Shown: in pieces, positions 19,391 to 30,364 of the stretch
Numbering within the stretch: the stretch's first letter is position 1
Layout: each line of letters opens with the position of its first letter
From: Thecamonas trahens ATCC 50062
Taxonomy: Eukaryota; Protista; Apusomonadida
Reading direction: 5' to 3'
Assembly (NCBI RefSeq): GCF_000142905.1
Contig: NW_013657666.1
Span: 37,399 to 101,398 of the forward strand
DNA length: 64,000 nt
The notes under the pieces: model-generated
What the model was told of the DNA's origin: nothing
The model's input: only the letters and a program-made list of their open reading frames with translations
Database searches by the model: none
Program-made: the position numbers and the translations under genes

Positions 19391-20629
19391 CTAGTAACCG
19401 CCGTAGACCGGGCCAGAGTTGGAGAGCGGGATCGGCGTCGACGAGTAGTCGTCGGGTCCTGACGACCGCAGCCTCGTCCACGACCTCGTTCGCGACTTGA
19501 ACAGAACAACGCCACAGACGACGACGGCGAGGACGCAGACGGCGATGATGATGTAAAACGAGGCCGTTGGTGTGCACGACGTTGCGCCGCTGTCCGAGCC
19601 CTTGAGCGCAGGGCACTTTTGCGGCGCAGAGGGTCCGCCTGGGCAGTAGTGGTCGCTCGGGCACGGAACTGCCCGAGACGCGTCCGGACAGTACGACCCG
19701 GCTGGACAAGGGAGACACGCCGACTGCGACTTGGCCCCGCGTGTCGGATTGTACGACCCGACGGCGCACGTGATGCAGCTCGACTGTCCGCGCTCGTTGT
19801 TGTACGTCCCCTCACGGCAGGGCAAGCAGCTCGACGCTCCGTCGTGTGAGAACTCGCCCGTCTCGCACGGGAAGCATCCGATCGACCCAAAGTACGGCTG
19901 GTACGATCCAGCCCGGCAGAGTCGGCAGGCTGTCCAGCCCTCGCGTGAGGCATACCTGCCTGGCAAGCACGGCGAACATTCCTTGGCACCATGCAACGAC
20001 GTTGCGTGGCCGACGGCGCAGAGTGTGCAGTTGGTGCCCATCGTGATGTTGGAGAACGAGCCCGGTACGCACTGTTCACAACCTGTCGGCAAGCAGTAGC
20101 CCGGCTTGACGCAGCTCGGCGGATCGCCCGTGCAGTTGGCCGACGCATGCGAGATCCTCCCCATCCCACACGGCTCACACGGCAGTAGAGGCGCAGGCGG
20201 CGAAGGCGGCGACGACGGCGACGGCGGCGGTGGCGGCGACGACGGCGGTGGCGGTGGTGATGGCTCGGCCATCGGTGGCGGTGGCGGCGGTGACGGCTCA
20301 GCTACCGGTGGCGGTGGCGGCGGTGACGGCGGCGGTGGCGGCGGAGAAGGCGGAGGAGGAGGAGGCGATGGCTCGGCATCAGCACGCACACCAGCGCCAG
20401 CATCACGAGACCAGCGCCCGTGTGGCTCACTCTTGCCGTCCTTGCCGATGACGCCCCCGGAGTCCTTGCCCACCACGGCCTTGTCCGCCGGCATTGTTCC
20501 CACCTCGGCCACCCTCATCGCCACACGCCCTCCATGCACGCCACCGCTCCCCATGCCCGGAGTGGGTATGGTGGGCTTGCTGGTGCCGGTGGCGGTGGCG
20601 GAGGTGGCGAGGACGACGAGAAGAACAAC
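19391..20629 (-). CDS. Type I membrane protein: signal peptide (start in the gap), Pro-rich stalk, Cys-rich GCC2/GCC3 (ephrin-receptor-like/TNFR-like) repeats, TM, short Tyr-containing tail
   Basis: VVLLVVLATSATA next to the gap; SPPPP repeats; repeated C..C..G.Y/F units; FYIIIAVCVLAVVVCGVVLF TM; tail ends PVYGGY. Confidence 0.8.
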   Translation of the reverse strand, partial: VVLLVVLATSATATGTSKPTIPTPGMGSGGVHGGRVAMRVAEVGTMPADKAVVGKDSGGVIGKDGKSEPHGRWSRDAGAGVRADAEPSPPPPPPSPPPPPPSPPPPPPVAEPSPPPPPPMAEPSPPPPPSSPPPPPSPSSPPSPPAPLLPCEPCGMGRISHASANCTGDPPSCVKPGYCLPTGCEQCVPGSFSNITMGTNCTLCAVGHATSLHGAKECSPCLPGRYASREGWTACRLCRAGSYQPYFGSIGCFPCETGEFSHDGASSCLPCREGTYNNERGQSSCITCAVGSYNPTRGAKSQSACLPCPAGSYCPDASRAVPCPSDHYCPGGPSAPQKCPALKGSDSGATSCTPTASFYIIIAVCVLAVVVCGVVLFKSRTRSWTRLRSSGPDDYSSTPIPLSNSGPVYGGY

Positions 20630-21098
20630 NNNNNNNNNNNNNNNNNNNNNNNNNNNNNNNNNNNNNNNNNNNNNNNNNNNNNNNNNNNNNNNNNNNNNNN
20701 NNNNNNNNNNNNNNNNNNNNNNNNNNNNNNNNNNNNNNNNNNNNNNNNNNNNNNNNNNNNNNNNNNNNNNNNNNNNNNNNNNNNNNNNNNNNNNNNNNNN
20801 NNNNNNNNNNNNNNNNNNNNNGGGGGGGGGGGGGCGGTGAGGTGTGTCTCCTTCTTGGGAAGACCTATGGTTCTATCACATTGTCTGTCTCGTTCTCGCT
20901 GCTCTCACGTCGCTTGCCGTCGTCATGGTCGTGCCGTCTCTTGGCAGCGGAGGACGGGCAGGTCACACGCGCACACCCTCCGCTGGTCACAGGGGGAAAG
21001 TCTTTTGGACGAGAGAACAAAAAAAAATGTTGTCGTACTCACCCCCCTCCCCCCACCTCCCCCTCTCCGCCCTCCATGCACACACATGCCTGTCATCT

Positions 21099-24000
21099 TC
21101 ACTGCTCCACCATGGCGACAACGACACTAGCAGAGGTACCGATTCCAGCGGCCACACGCCTAATGCGGGCGATGTCGTCGCCACGCTTGACCATGGCCAG
21201 CACGCGCACAACTTGCCGCCTCATCGTCGTCAGCGGCGCAAAGTCGTGAGGGACGAGGTCGAGAGCAGTCTGCACCAACTCCTGCACGCTCTCTAGCGCA
21301 CACTGGAGCTCCTGCATTCGGAGGGCGCATTTGGTCTCGTCCTCGAGCACGCCCGCCAGATGCGCCTCGAGACGTGCGGCCTGGACTTGCAGCGCCTGGA
21401 ATTGTGAGTCGTCTTCAGCTCCGCCGTCGCCATCAACGAGGCCGCGGAGCTCGCGGGTGGCAGCCCGGAGCGCCGGCGCTGACGCCTGCGACGGCGCTGC
21501 CCAGTCAAGACCAGTGGGAAGTTGCGACACGATGCCTGACGAGAGCTTGCTCACCGCCTGCGCCGCTCGCTCGTCGAGCTGCGCCATCCGGCTTGCTGCA
21601 TGGCTCGAGATGCCCATGCCGTCGCCCTCCTTGGTCGCCCGCGACTGGAGCAGCTGCTGTAGACTCTCAGTCACCTTGCCCAGCCGCCGCAGCTGCTTGC
21701 GCTCTTTGTGACTCGTTGCCGCTCGCAACGTCACCGCACCTTCAACGTCAAGCTCGTCGCGCCGGACATCAATGGCATCACCCACAACCCGCAGCTCCTC
21801 TGCAAGCTCGCCAGCGTTGGCCACAGCCTCGGCCTCGGAGTCTGAGCTCTCCGAGTACACCTCCTCGATTGTGTCGAGCACATTCGAGATCCGCTCGGTA
21901 ATGTTGGTGAGCAGTTTTCGGGTCTGTGTCTTCCATGCACTCTGTGACCGCCCGCTTGCCGAGAGCTGCGGTGCCTCGAATCGCAGCGAGGCCAGCGCGC
22001 CCTCGCCACCGTAACGGTCCACATCGCCGACGTCAAACGCCATCGTCGGCTCAAAGGTGAGTCGGTCTGCGGAGCCGACCAACCGAGACGACGCTATCCG
22101 CGCCACCACCCGCGACCAAGGATCGGTCTCGTTGAGCACTTGTAGATGAGCGAGATCCTCCACACGCGCTGCTACATATCCGTCGGCCATGCAATCGGAC
22201 CAGAACCGCATCGAACACTCTGCGCTTGTCAGCGCCGCGTCAACCACATTCCGCACGCTTACCGTCGCGTGCCTCACCTCGCACACTGCAGCCGATTGCG
22301 TCCGCTGGAGGTAAGCCACACCGGACTCGCCGCGGGGCACAACCTCGACCCGCACCCGGTTCGTCTCTCCCCACTCCCTGGCTTCGTGTGAGACTGTCCG
22401 CCGCGAAGACTTGTGCATCCGCTTGCGACGCCGCCGTGTCCGCCCGGACCCGCGCGCCTCCTCGTCTCCCGACGACGAGGACAATCCCAGCGCGGTTGAT
22501 GCCGCCGCCGCTACTTGAGCCGACGTTGTCGCAATCGTCTCCAGACACGGCCCGGCCATCGGCCGGCCGCTCCAAGTCAGCGGCGGTGCCTCGCACGAGG
22601 TCTCGATGGCCATGCTCCGACTCAGGATGAGGATCTGCAGCATCGAATCAACCGATGCACCCACAAGGCCACTCAAGTCGCTCACCAGTGGACAATCGTC
22701 GACCACAAGCACTGCAAGGCAGTGCGCCGCACCGACAAGGCGCTGGACCATTTTGTCCGTCACCATGTCCAGCCCCACAAGCGCAACCGTTAGCGGGCCG
22801 AGGTAGGCAGGGAGAGAGTACGACGAGATCAGGCTGAACACAGACTCAGCCATGTCCTCAGCGTTGCTGCCAGGCTCCAGCACCGATGGCATTTTTGGCA
22901 GGGCTGCAAGCGCAGAGAGCGGGTGAACTGCTTCCATTGGTACGCAATGGCCATCGTCCCATGTTCCTGGATCCGACACGCCTCGCGCGGAGACTGGCAC
23001 ACCAGCCAGCGGCGGCAGCGCCGACGTGACAGCCGCATTAAAGTGGCCTACCAGCGTTCCGAGGCCAAGCCGCCTCGCCGACGCGACACCATCGCCACCA
23101 CTCTGTTTCTGGCTCTCTGCGTCAAGGCTCCGCCGCGCCGCCTCGTGCATGGCAAGGAGCGTGACAGCCAGCCGCCTAATGCCCTCGCGATTCATCAACA
23201 TGGAAAGCGCCTCGCCGACCTGAGCCTCGAGCTCGGCACACGCCAGCTGCTCCCGAAAGTAGACTGCAGCATTAAACTGCGCTGCGGTCTCGACCAAGTC
23301 CTCTAGAAACTGCTCCACGTAGTGCACCGCTCGCGTTGCTGACTCAGACAAGGCCTGTGTTGCAAACGCGCCGCATCGCACAAAGTCCTTAAGCACGGAG
23401 GCGTCTGCCGACGCCGTCAGCCGTGCGCCGAACTCAGCCGCCCACCCAGATTCGTCCACCACCCCGTCGAGCAAGAGGCATGGCGACTCACCCGAAACAA
23501 GCCCGTCCGGTGTGCATTCAAGAAGACACGCCATAACCACACGCGCCGTCTCGCTCTCCAGCACCGCGGCGGCAGACTCTTCGTTGACCACACGGAAGGA
23601 GAGATCACCGACATCGCCGCCGGATTGCCCGCACGCAAGTAATACATCGACGGCGGTCCCGCCCAGTAGCGAGCCGGAGAGCAGGTACAGCAGAGCCCGT
23701 CGCGAAAACTGGACGTCACTCAGTTGCTGCAGCGTGGCCGGCCGTCCAAAGTGGGGCGCCGCAGCAGCAGGCACTACCAATGGACCGCCGAGCGGCGAAT
23801 AAAACACCTTCGGTGCGCCCAGCACGTCACTCGTCGGATGCGCGAGATAGCCCGAGAGCGAAGTGAGAAGCCGGTGACTGGCGAGACTGATCTCGCCGTG
23901 CTCGCGGCCCGAGGCCCGAACAAGCGCCCGGAGTGCTTGCCGCACCTCTCTCAGCTCGATCCCGGCACTGTTCGCCTGGTCCCACTCGAGCTGACCAGGC

Positions 24001-27000
24001 GTCGGCAACGCAAGCCAGGCCGCAAGCGTCTGGCCGGCCGCAGACTTGGAGACAAGTCGCTGGAGCGAGGCATTGTCCAGCGTGCTCAGTTTGCGCCGGA
24101 TGACGGCCGCATCAGCCGCTACCGCAACGGCTGCGAAGGAGTCCATCGCCCACTTGACCGGCGTCGCCGCCACAAGGCCAACCCCGGTGAGCGCCACTGA
24201 GCCAGCGAGGCTCACCATTCGTGGCAGCGCCAACTTGAGCGACTCGTACATCGGCACGGCCAGCGTCTTGTGCGCCTTGATCAGGAGCGGAAGCATGTCG
24301 ACGCAGCTAATGTGCACGTCTGGGAGAATGATGCCGCGCGAGGTGAGCACGTCAGGACCAAGGCTGTCCTCCTCCGACTCGTTGTACGCCTGAAGCAGGA
24401 TGCGCAGGCCAACGCCGGTGTAGACCAGCGACTTGGCGGCGTTACCCAGCCGCGCCGACACAGCGCAGACATCGACAAGCCGATCAACCCTCTCTGCAAA
24501 GCTCCGCGGGCCGAGCTCGCACACAATGGTCGTCATCGCAAGCATGGCTAGGTACGGAACCTGGGTCATGCTCGCCGTCACACCAAAGTGGCGCTCAAAC
24601 GGCGACGCCGGCGCGTACCTGTCGTCGCGGATGACAGCGGCAAAGAGCTGCGAGCCGAGGACAAACGCCAGCGGTGGGTTTGACACCTGCACGTCGACGC
24701 CTGTGTGAATGTCCGCCACCGGCGCCGAGAGCTCCTTTCGCAACGCCCGGTAGTAGCGCGCGAGGAGCGAAGCCGTCGCCTTGCGCGAGCTGGCAAACAT
24801 GTGGCTCGCCGAAACAACGCGGGAGAGCGTTTCTGGACTCGTTCTAGTTCCGTCCTCCAGGAGCCGGGCAATGAGCTCCTCGGGCGTACCGTACCACGCG
24901 TCTGGAACGCCGCCTGCAAACGGAGATGCGCCCGACGATGAGAGCGCAAAGCCTGACGCCATGCCGGACTTGGAGCCAGGAACCGTGAGGCCGCCGCGGC
25001 CGTCGCCCGACGACTCACGGGCTAGCGTCTCGCCGAGCTGGACCATCTTGAGCCGGATGTACGCCACAAGCGCCACAAAGAACTCGCGCGCATACTCGGC
25101 GTCGTCGTCGACAAGACAGGCGAACTCGAGAGTCGGGGAGAGTGACGGAATGCAGTCAGCAGACGCGCCGAGGGCAACAAAGGCAAAGTCGACCGGCGGC
25201 GCGCCGAGCACGTGCAGCGCCGAGACGACAATGGTGGAAAAAAGCGAGCGCTGCGCGGCAGCTAGCGTTTCGAGTGCGCTCAACAGCTTCGGGAGCCGGA
25301 AGCCCCGCAGCTCGCGCGGCGCGGTCGGCACCATCGGCCCCAGCTCCGCTGAAGCAAGTACGTTCTCAAGTGCGACGCTCCGCATGGCAGCCAGTCGCTT
25401 TTGCAGCGCGGACGCGGTGAGTGTGCCCGGTGGCGCCGGCGCCATAAACTCGCCGCGGACCCAGGCCTGCGAGGTGCAGATGCGGCAGACAACGTCAAAT
25501 CGGAGGAGCGCCGCTGCTTGTAGCTTGCTCAAGAGCGAAAAGTTGTCCGCAACTTGCGAGCGTGCGAGCAGCTGGTAGACTGCGCCGTAGATGGCCCCAG
25601 CACGGGTCGGGACTTGTCCAGCAAGCAATGTGTCTGCGGCAGAGAGCGAGTCCATGGCCGCCGCGGCCGCCCGCGTGATCAACGACGGGTTGTCGGCGGC
25701 AGTCGCCCGTGAGAACGAGGCTAGTGCGCGCTTGAGCGGAAGCAGCGTGGAGGCGTGACTCAGCGCGCGCGGTACCAGGGCATCGAGAAGCGAGACCTCG
25801 AGCGCCGCCAGCTGGTATGGTGACTGGACCGCCTGCGACTGCGCCACAACTGCCGACTCAGCATAGAGCGATTCGAGCGACGGCAGGATGGCAAGGCCGG
25901 TGACCGCGGGGCAGACCAGAAGCGACGCCGATGTGGCCGAGTTGGTAGATGCCGCCGACGACGAGGCTGACGACGATGAGTTGACAATGACGGCGGCAAG
26001 GTCGCGCGGGGAGAGGCTGGCAGTAAACGGTGGGGAGCCGTCCGGTGCAGACGGAGCAGCCGCGCAAAACCCACTGACAGCTGGGTCAGGCGTCGGCGCG
26101 CCAAACTTGGCCGCCTCGACCTCGCCAGCCATCACAGCCTGGAGCATCGCCGACGCGTGGCGAGCGGCGAGCCTGCGCGCTGGCGACTCGACAACTTTGG
26201 TTCCACCATCCTCCATTGAGGTCTTAAACCGCGAGACAATGCCCGAGGACACGGTGGTCGAGCCAAGCTTGACAAGGTCCTTGGCCTGTCGGAGCGCCAG
26301 TATCCGTGCCACGTCTTCCGCGACAACGTTAAAGGCGGCGCGGTTCGGTGAGACAGCGGCAAGGCGCGCAAAACACACCTGCTGTGCCGCCTTGGATGGG
26401 AGCTTGTTGACATAGTCAAAGAAGGAAAGCGACGAGGTGAGTGGGCCAGCGGCTTTCATAGCTCGGCCAACAACGGCCGAGGTGAGAAATCCGACGCCGG
26501 AGGACGACGATGATGTCGAGAACTCGAGCGTGCTCGCGCTGGTAGTATCGCAAGATGTCGAAATGGGCCCCGATGACATGCCATGCTGGTGAGGAGGAGG
26601 ATGGCCGCTCGATGCCGATGCAGGTGGTGACGGCGAGACAAGCGTGGGCAGCAGCCTGCTGCCAGAGCCGCGCAACGAGGCAAGAGAGTGCGCGTCAACG
26701 CCAACTGTCAGTCCCAGGCTGCTTGATCCGGCGTCTGACCCAGACTCGGAGTCAGGGCCGGTGTCCGAACCGCCGCTTGTACTCGGTTTGGTCGGCTTGG
26801 CGCGAGCAGAGTGTGCAACGATAGACCCGTCCATCATGCCCGACTCGATAAGCTCATGTGCGGCGCTGAAGGCTGATGAGAGATGGAAGCGGACCATCGA
26901 GTAGTAGTCCCAGGTCTGCGGCTGTGAGCGAAGGTAGGCACGTGCCTCGCCGAGAGCCATTTGCAGAGCCGAGGCTGACGATACAGAGCGTGCGTCTTGG

Positions 27001-29461
27001 GCAGCGAGCGCGAGGGTCCGCGCTTGGAACGCGGTGCCGGTGAGGGCCTTGGCATCGGCGCTGCGGACGGCTTGCATCCGCTCAAGCTGGCGTGTGGCGA
27101 CGAGGCGAGCGGCGGTGCCGATGTTGTCTAGCCGAGTGAGCAGCGCCTTGGCTGAAGCGTGGCCGGTGGTGGCGAGCTTAGCAGCGAGCTTGTCAACAAA
27201 GGCGAGAATGGCAAGGGCAGAGTTGGCGTTGCCGCGGGCGACTTCGGCCGAGAGAACATCTGCGAGGGAAGAGATCAGCGAGGCGAGCTCATCGGGAGTC
27301 GGCGGAATAGTGGCATTGCCATCGATGAGAGGGTGGAAGACCTGGGCGAGCGAGGTCGACGGTGCGGTGTGGGCAAATGCCTTGGTGAGACCCGGGATGG
27401 CCGAGTACACAATGCTGCGCGGGATGCTGCGCAGCGACTCGGCAATGATGTAGAGGTGAAGAGCGAGTGGCGGCGGGGCCGAGCTATCCTCGGGGTTGTA
27501 GGCGTAGGCAAGCGGTGGGGCCTTGGACGACGACGAGAAGGGAAGAATAGCGACCATAGCGCGGAGCGAAACGGCGAGCGAGTCGACAATCGAGACTATG
27601 TCGATCGAGCCGGCGGCGGCGCGAGCGCCGAGCAGGCCCTGTAGTGAAAAGTCTTCGCCCATCCACAGTGTCAGGGGAGTTGTCGAGTCCGACGAGCTCG
27701 ACGAGTCTGTGACGGCACTGCAAGTCTCGGCCTTGCTGTGTTGGCCACTCGGTCCGGGTGCGGCGTCGGTGCCGCCTGGTCCGTTTGACGACGATGACGA
27801 CGACGATGATGACGACGTCAAAGCGACGGTGGTAAATAGGGCGAGAAGACCGTTTCCACGGGTAAGCTCATTGAACTTGGCCTTGGTCACAGCAGTGCCA
27901 AAGAGTGCACGGAGCTGGCGCGCCGAGACTGTGCCCTCCCAAACGGCGTTGGTGGCGGCAGCGAATGTGTTGAGGATGGTGACAAACGAAGAGATCGGGA
28001 GGGCAGCGCGATCGGCGTCGAGCGCCACTAGCGGAGCGATCATGGTCGACCAAAAGTGCTGGGCCTCAGAGTGGTCGAGCGGCGGTGATGGTGAAGCAGC
28101 AGGTGTGCCCGCCGAAGACAAGTCTTCTGCCATGTCAAGCGACGCATCCATAAGCGCGGTGTATGCGGCGGAGAGATCAAGCGCGATTTGTGCGGTCTCG
28201 GGCCTGTTGTGCGGCTCGGGGAGGCAGCAAGCCTTGACGAGCGAGACGATGCTAGCAAGGCTAGGTACATCGCGGACAAGCGCGTTGAGTGGGGCCCAGT
28301 TTGGAAGCCTGTAGTAGTTCTTGATTCGGGACGAGTGCGAGAAGGCGTGGCGCTTGGTGAGGAGCTCGTAGGCGATGATGCCAAAGGAGAAGACGTCCGC
28401 AGCGGTCGAGACATTGTTAGGGTCCTCGATGACTTCGGGCGCGCAGTAGGACATGGTAATGTTGACAAGGCCGTCGCACGGGCCGGCATCCAGAGCCGAG
28501 CGCGACGCGTCCTGGGTTGCCGAGCCAAGGTCACCGATGCGGACTTGAGCGCCAAACTCGCCGTCCTTGGACGAGAGGAACACGTTGTCGGGCTTGAGGT
28601 CAAGATGAACGAGTGCCGCGCGGTGGATCTCAGCGAGGCCGCAGGCGAGCTGAAAAAGCCATCGAGCCTCGAGAAGTGCGAGCCTTATCGGCGTCCTGTT
28701 CTGAAGGTACTCGTCTGGGTGGCGTATGTATCGCGAGAGCGTGCCGCCAAAGGCGTACTCGGAGACGATGCCAAACGACGACGGGTTGGCCTTGCCGACA
28801 TCGTCATCGTGAATGCAGATACCAAAGATGCGGAGAACGTACGGGTGCTGGACAGCAACAAGGACGCGGAGCTCGTTGAGCAGGTCATCGTAGGCCGAGC
28901 TGCCTGCGCCCGACTCGATGCGAATCGACTTGATAGCAAAGACCTCGTCGCGGCGGCGGGCTTTGGAGACAACACCAAAGCCGCCACGGGCCACAACCTC
29001 GATTTCATCAAACTCAGACATAAGAAACGGCTCGCGGCCGAGGGAGAGGACCTGTGTCGAGAAAGGGATGGTCGGCGTGGCAAGGTGGGGCGACTCCAGA
29101 GCGTGGTCCGCTTCATGGAGCCCGGCTTGGCTCGGTCGGTACGCAACAGTGTGCCGCGACCAGGACGCCGAGTGTGAGACGCGGGAGTGTGTCGCCGACA
29201 CAGACTTTGGTGTCGACATTGAGGCTAGATCGAGGCCATACGCCACCTGAGTCCGCGACGAACATGCATAGTCGTCGTCGATGACGGTGCTGTGGGCTGG
29301 GTGTGGGGCGGTCCGGGGTGGCCGTCATAGGCCGTATTCTGCAAGTAAGGATGAGTAATGGTAGGGTCATCTGGTGTGGTTGCGGACGACGACCGTGTGA
29401 ATCCGGTATGGTCATCGGTGGAGGAGCGCCCGCTAGAGGCTGAGGCCGTGCCGGAGGGCAT
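21099..29461 (-). CDS. Giant (~2,790 aa) protein with an N-terminal TKL-like protein kinase and a central degenerate DUF294-like nucleotidyltransferase region; probable frameshift near 29294
   Basis: ARGGFGVV, AIK, HLDLKPDN, DLG, APE, DVFSFG. The central LGAPPVDFAFVALG...LEF...YIRLKMVQLGET segment resembles DUF294. The probable ATG at 29461 is in an adjacent frame. Confidence 0.75.
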
Positions 29462-29835
29462 GACCAGAGCGAGGTGAAGCGGGTGAGGTGTTTGGGCTCG
29501 CGAAGCCGCAAACGTTTGTTCATCGGGTCGCAAGCAATTAGGTGCCAATAGCTAACATGTCAATGACAGCTGGCATGGCGCTGCTCGACTGAAGGACGGC
29601 GGGAGCCTTTCATGACCAAGGCCACAAGAGGCTGAGGGAAGATTGTGGGAATGGGCAATGCAGTAGTGTGGTGGGGCAGAGGTTGGTGGTGAGCAGTCCC
29701 GACACTATGATTGTCAGCGCTGCCGATATCATGTCAGCGCTCGTGTCAGATAAAGTCGCAAGAGCCATGACAGTTAACCAGCGTTGCTTGCGTCGGCGGC
29801 AGGGACGCGAAGGGAGGCGTGCACCAGGGCTGCCG

Positions 29836-29907
29836 TGAAACAGCCCACCACCACCACCCAGCGACTACATATATGTAGTCGCTGGGTGGTGGTGGTGGGC
29901 TGTTTCA
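29836..29907. mobile_element. 72-bp perfect palindromic MITE-like insertion with TG...CA ends and a 5-bp TSD (TGCCG)
   Basis: 36-bp arms pair perfectly around 29871/29872. TGCCG is present at both 29831-29835 and 29908-29912. Confidence 0.75.
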
Positions 29908-30204
29908 TGCCGAGCAGGTGGAGTAGTTACGGCGAGGGAGGACACATGAGTAGGTGGGTGGACAGAGGATGACGGCCATGATTTCGTTGAGAACGGCAAC
30001 GTGACATGAAGAGGATGAGACTGGGGACAGGAAGGGGGGATTCGTGACCATCCGAGCCAATCACCCACATCGTTGACCGTGATCAGGACTCGTTGGTTGA
30101 GAGTGGCAAAGCAAGCCGAGAATGTGTTTCCCGAAAAAGCAACGCATGCGTTCAAGGGAACAGTCTCGCATGATTGTTCTGTTTGCTTCACCAACAACCC
30201 TCGC

Positions 30205-30238
30205 ACGTACACACACGCACACACGGACACTCACACAC

Positions 30239-30269
<31 letters not shown>

Positions 30270-30330
30270 ACGTCCCGCACATCGTCATACACATATACAT
30301 ACATATATACACCACTCGCCATACACACAC
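30205..30330. repeat. (CA)n, (AG)n and ATAC microsatellites upstream of the ankyrin gene
   Basis: Directly visible. Confidence 0.85.
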
Positions 30331-30364
30331 CAACTCCGCACGCTCTATCTTTCTTCCACACGTT

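Noticed and set aside
6023-29461. STAT + Tyr-tailed receptor + kinase as a clustered signalling system
   Set aside because: They are interspersed with unrelated housekeeping genes, eukaryotic adjacency is weak evidence, and the kinase catalytic loop (HLDLKPDN) is not tyrosine-kinase type.
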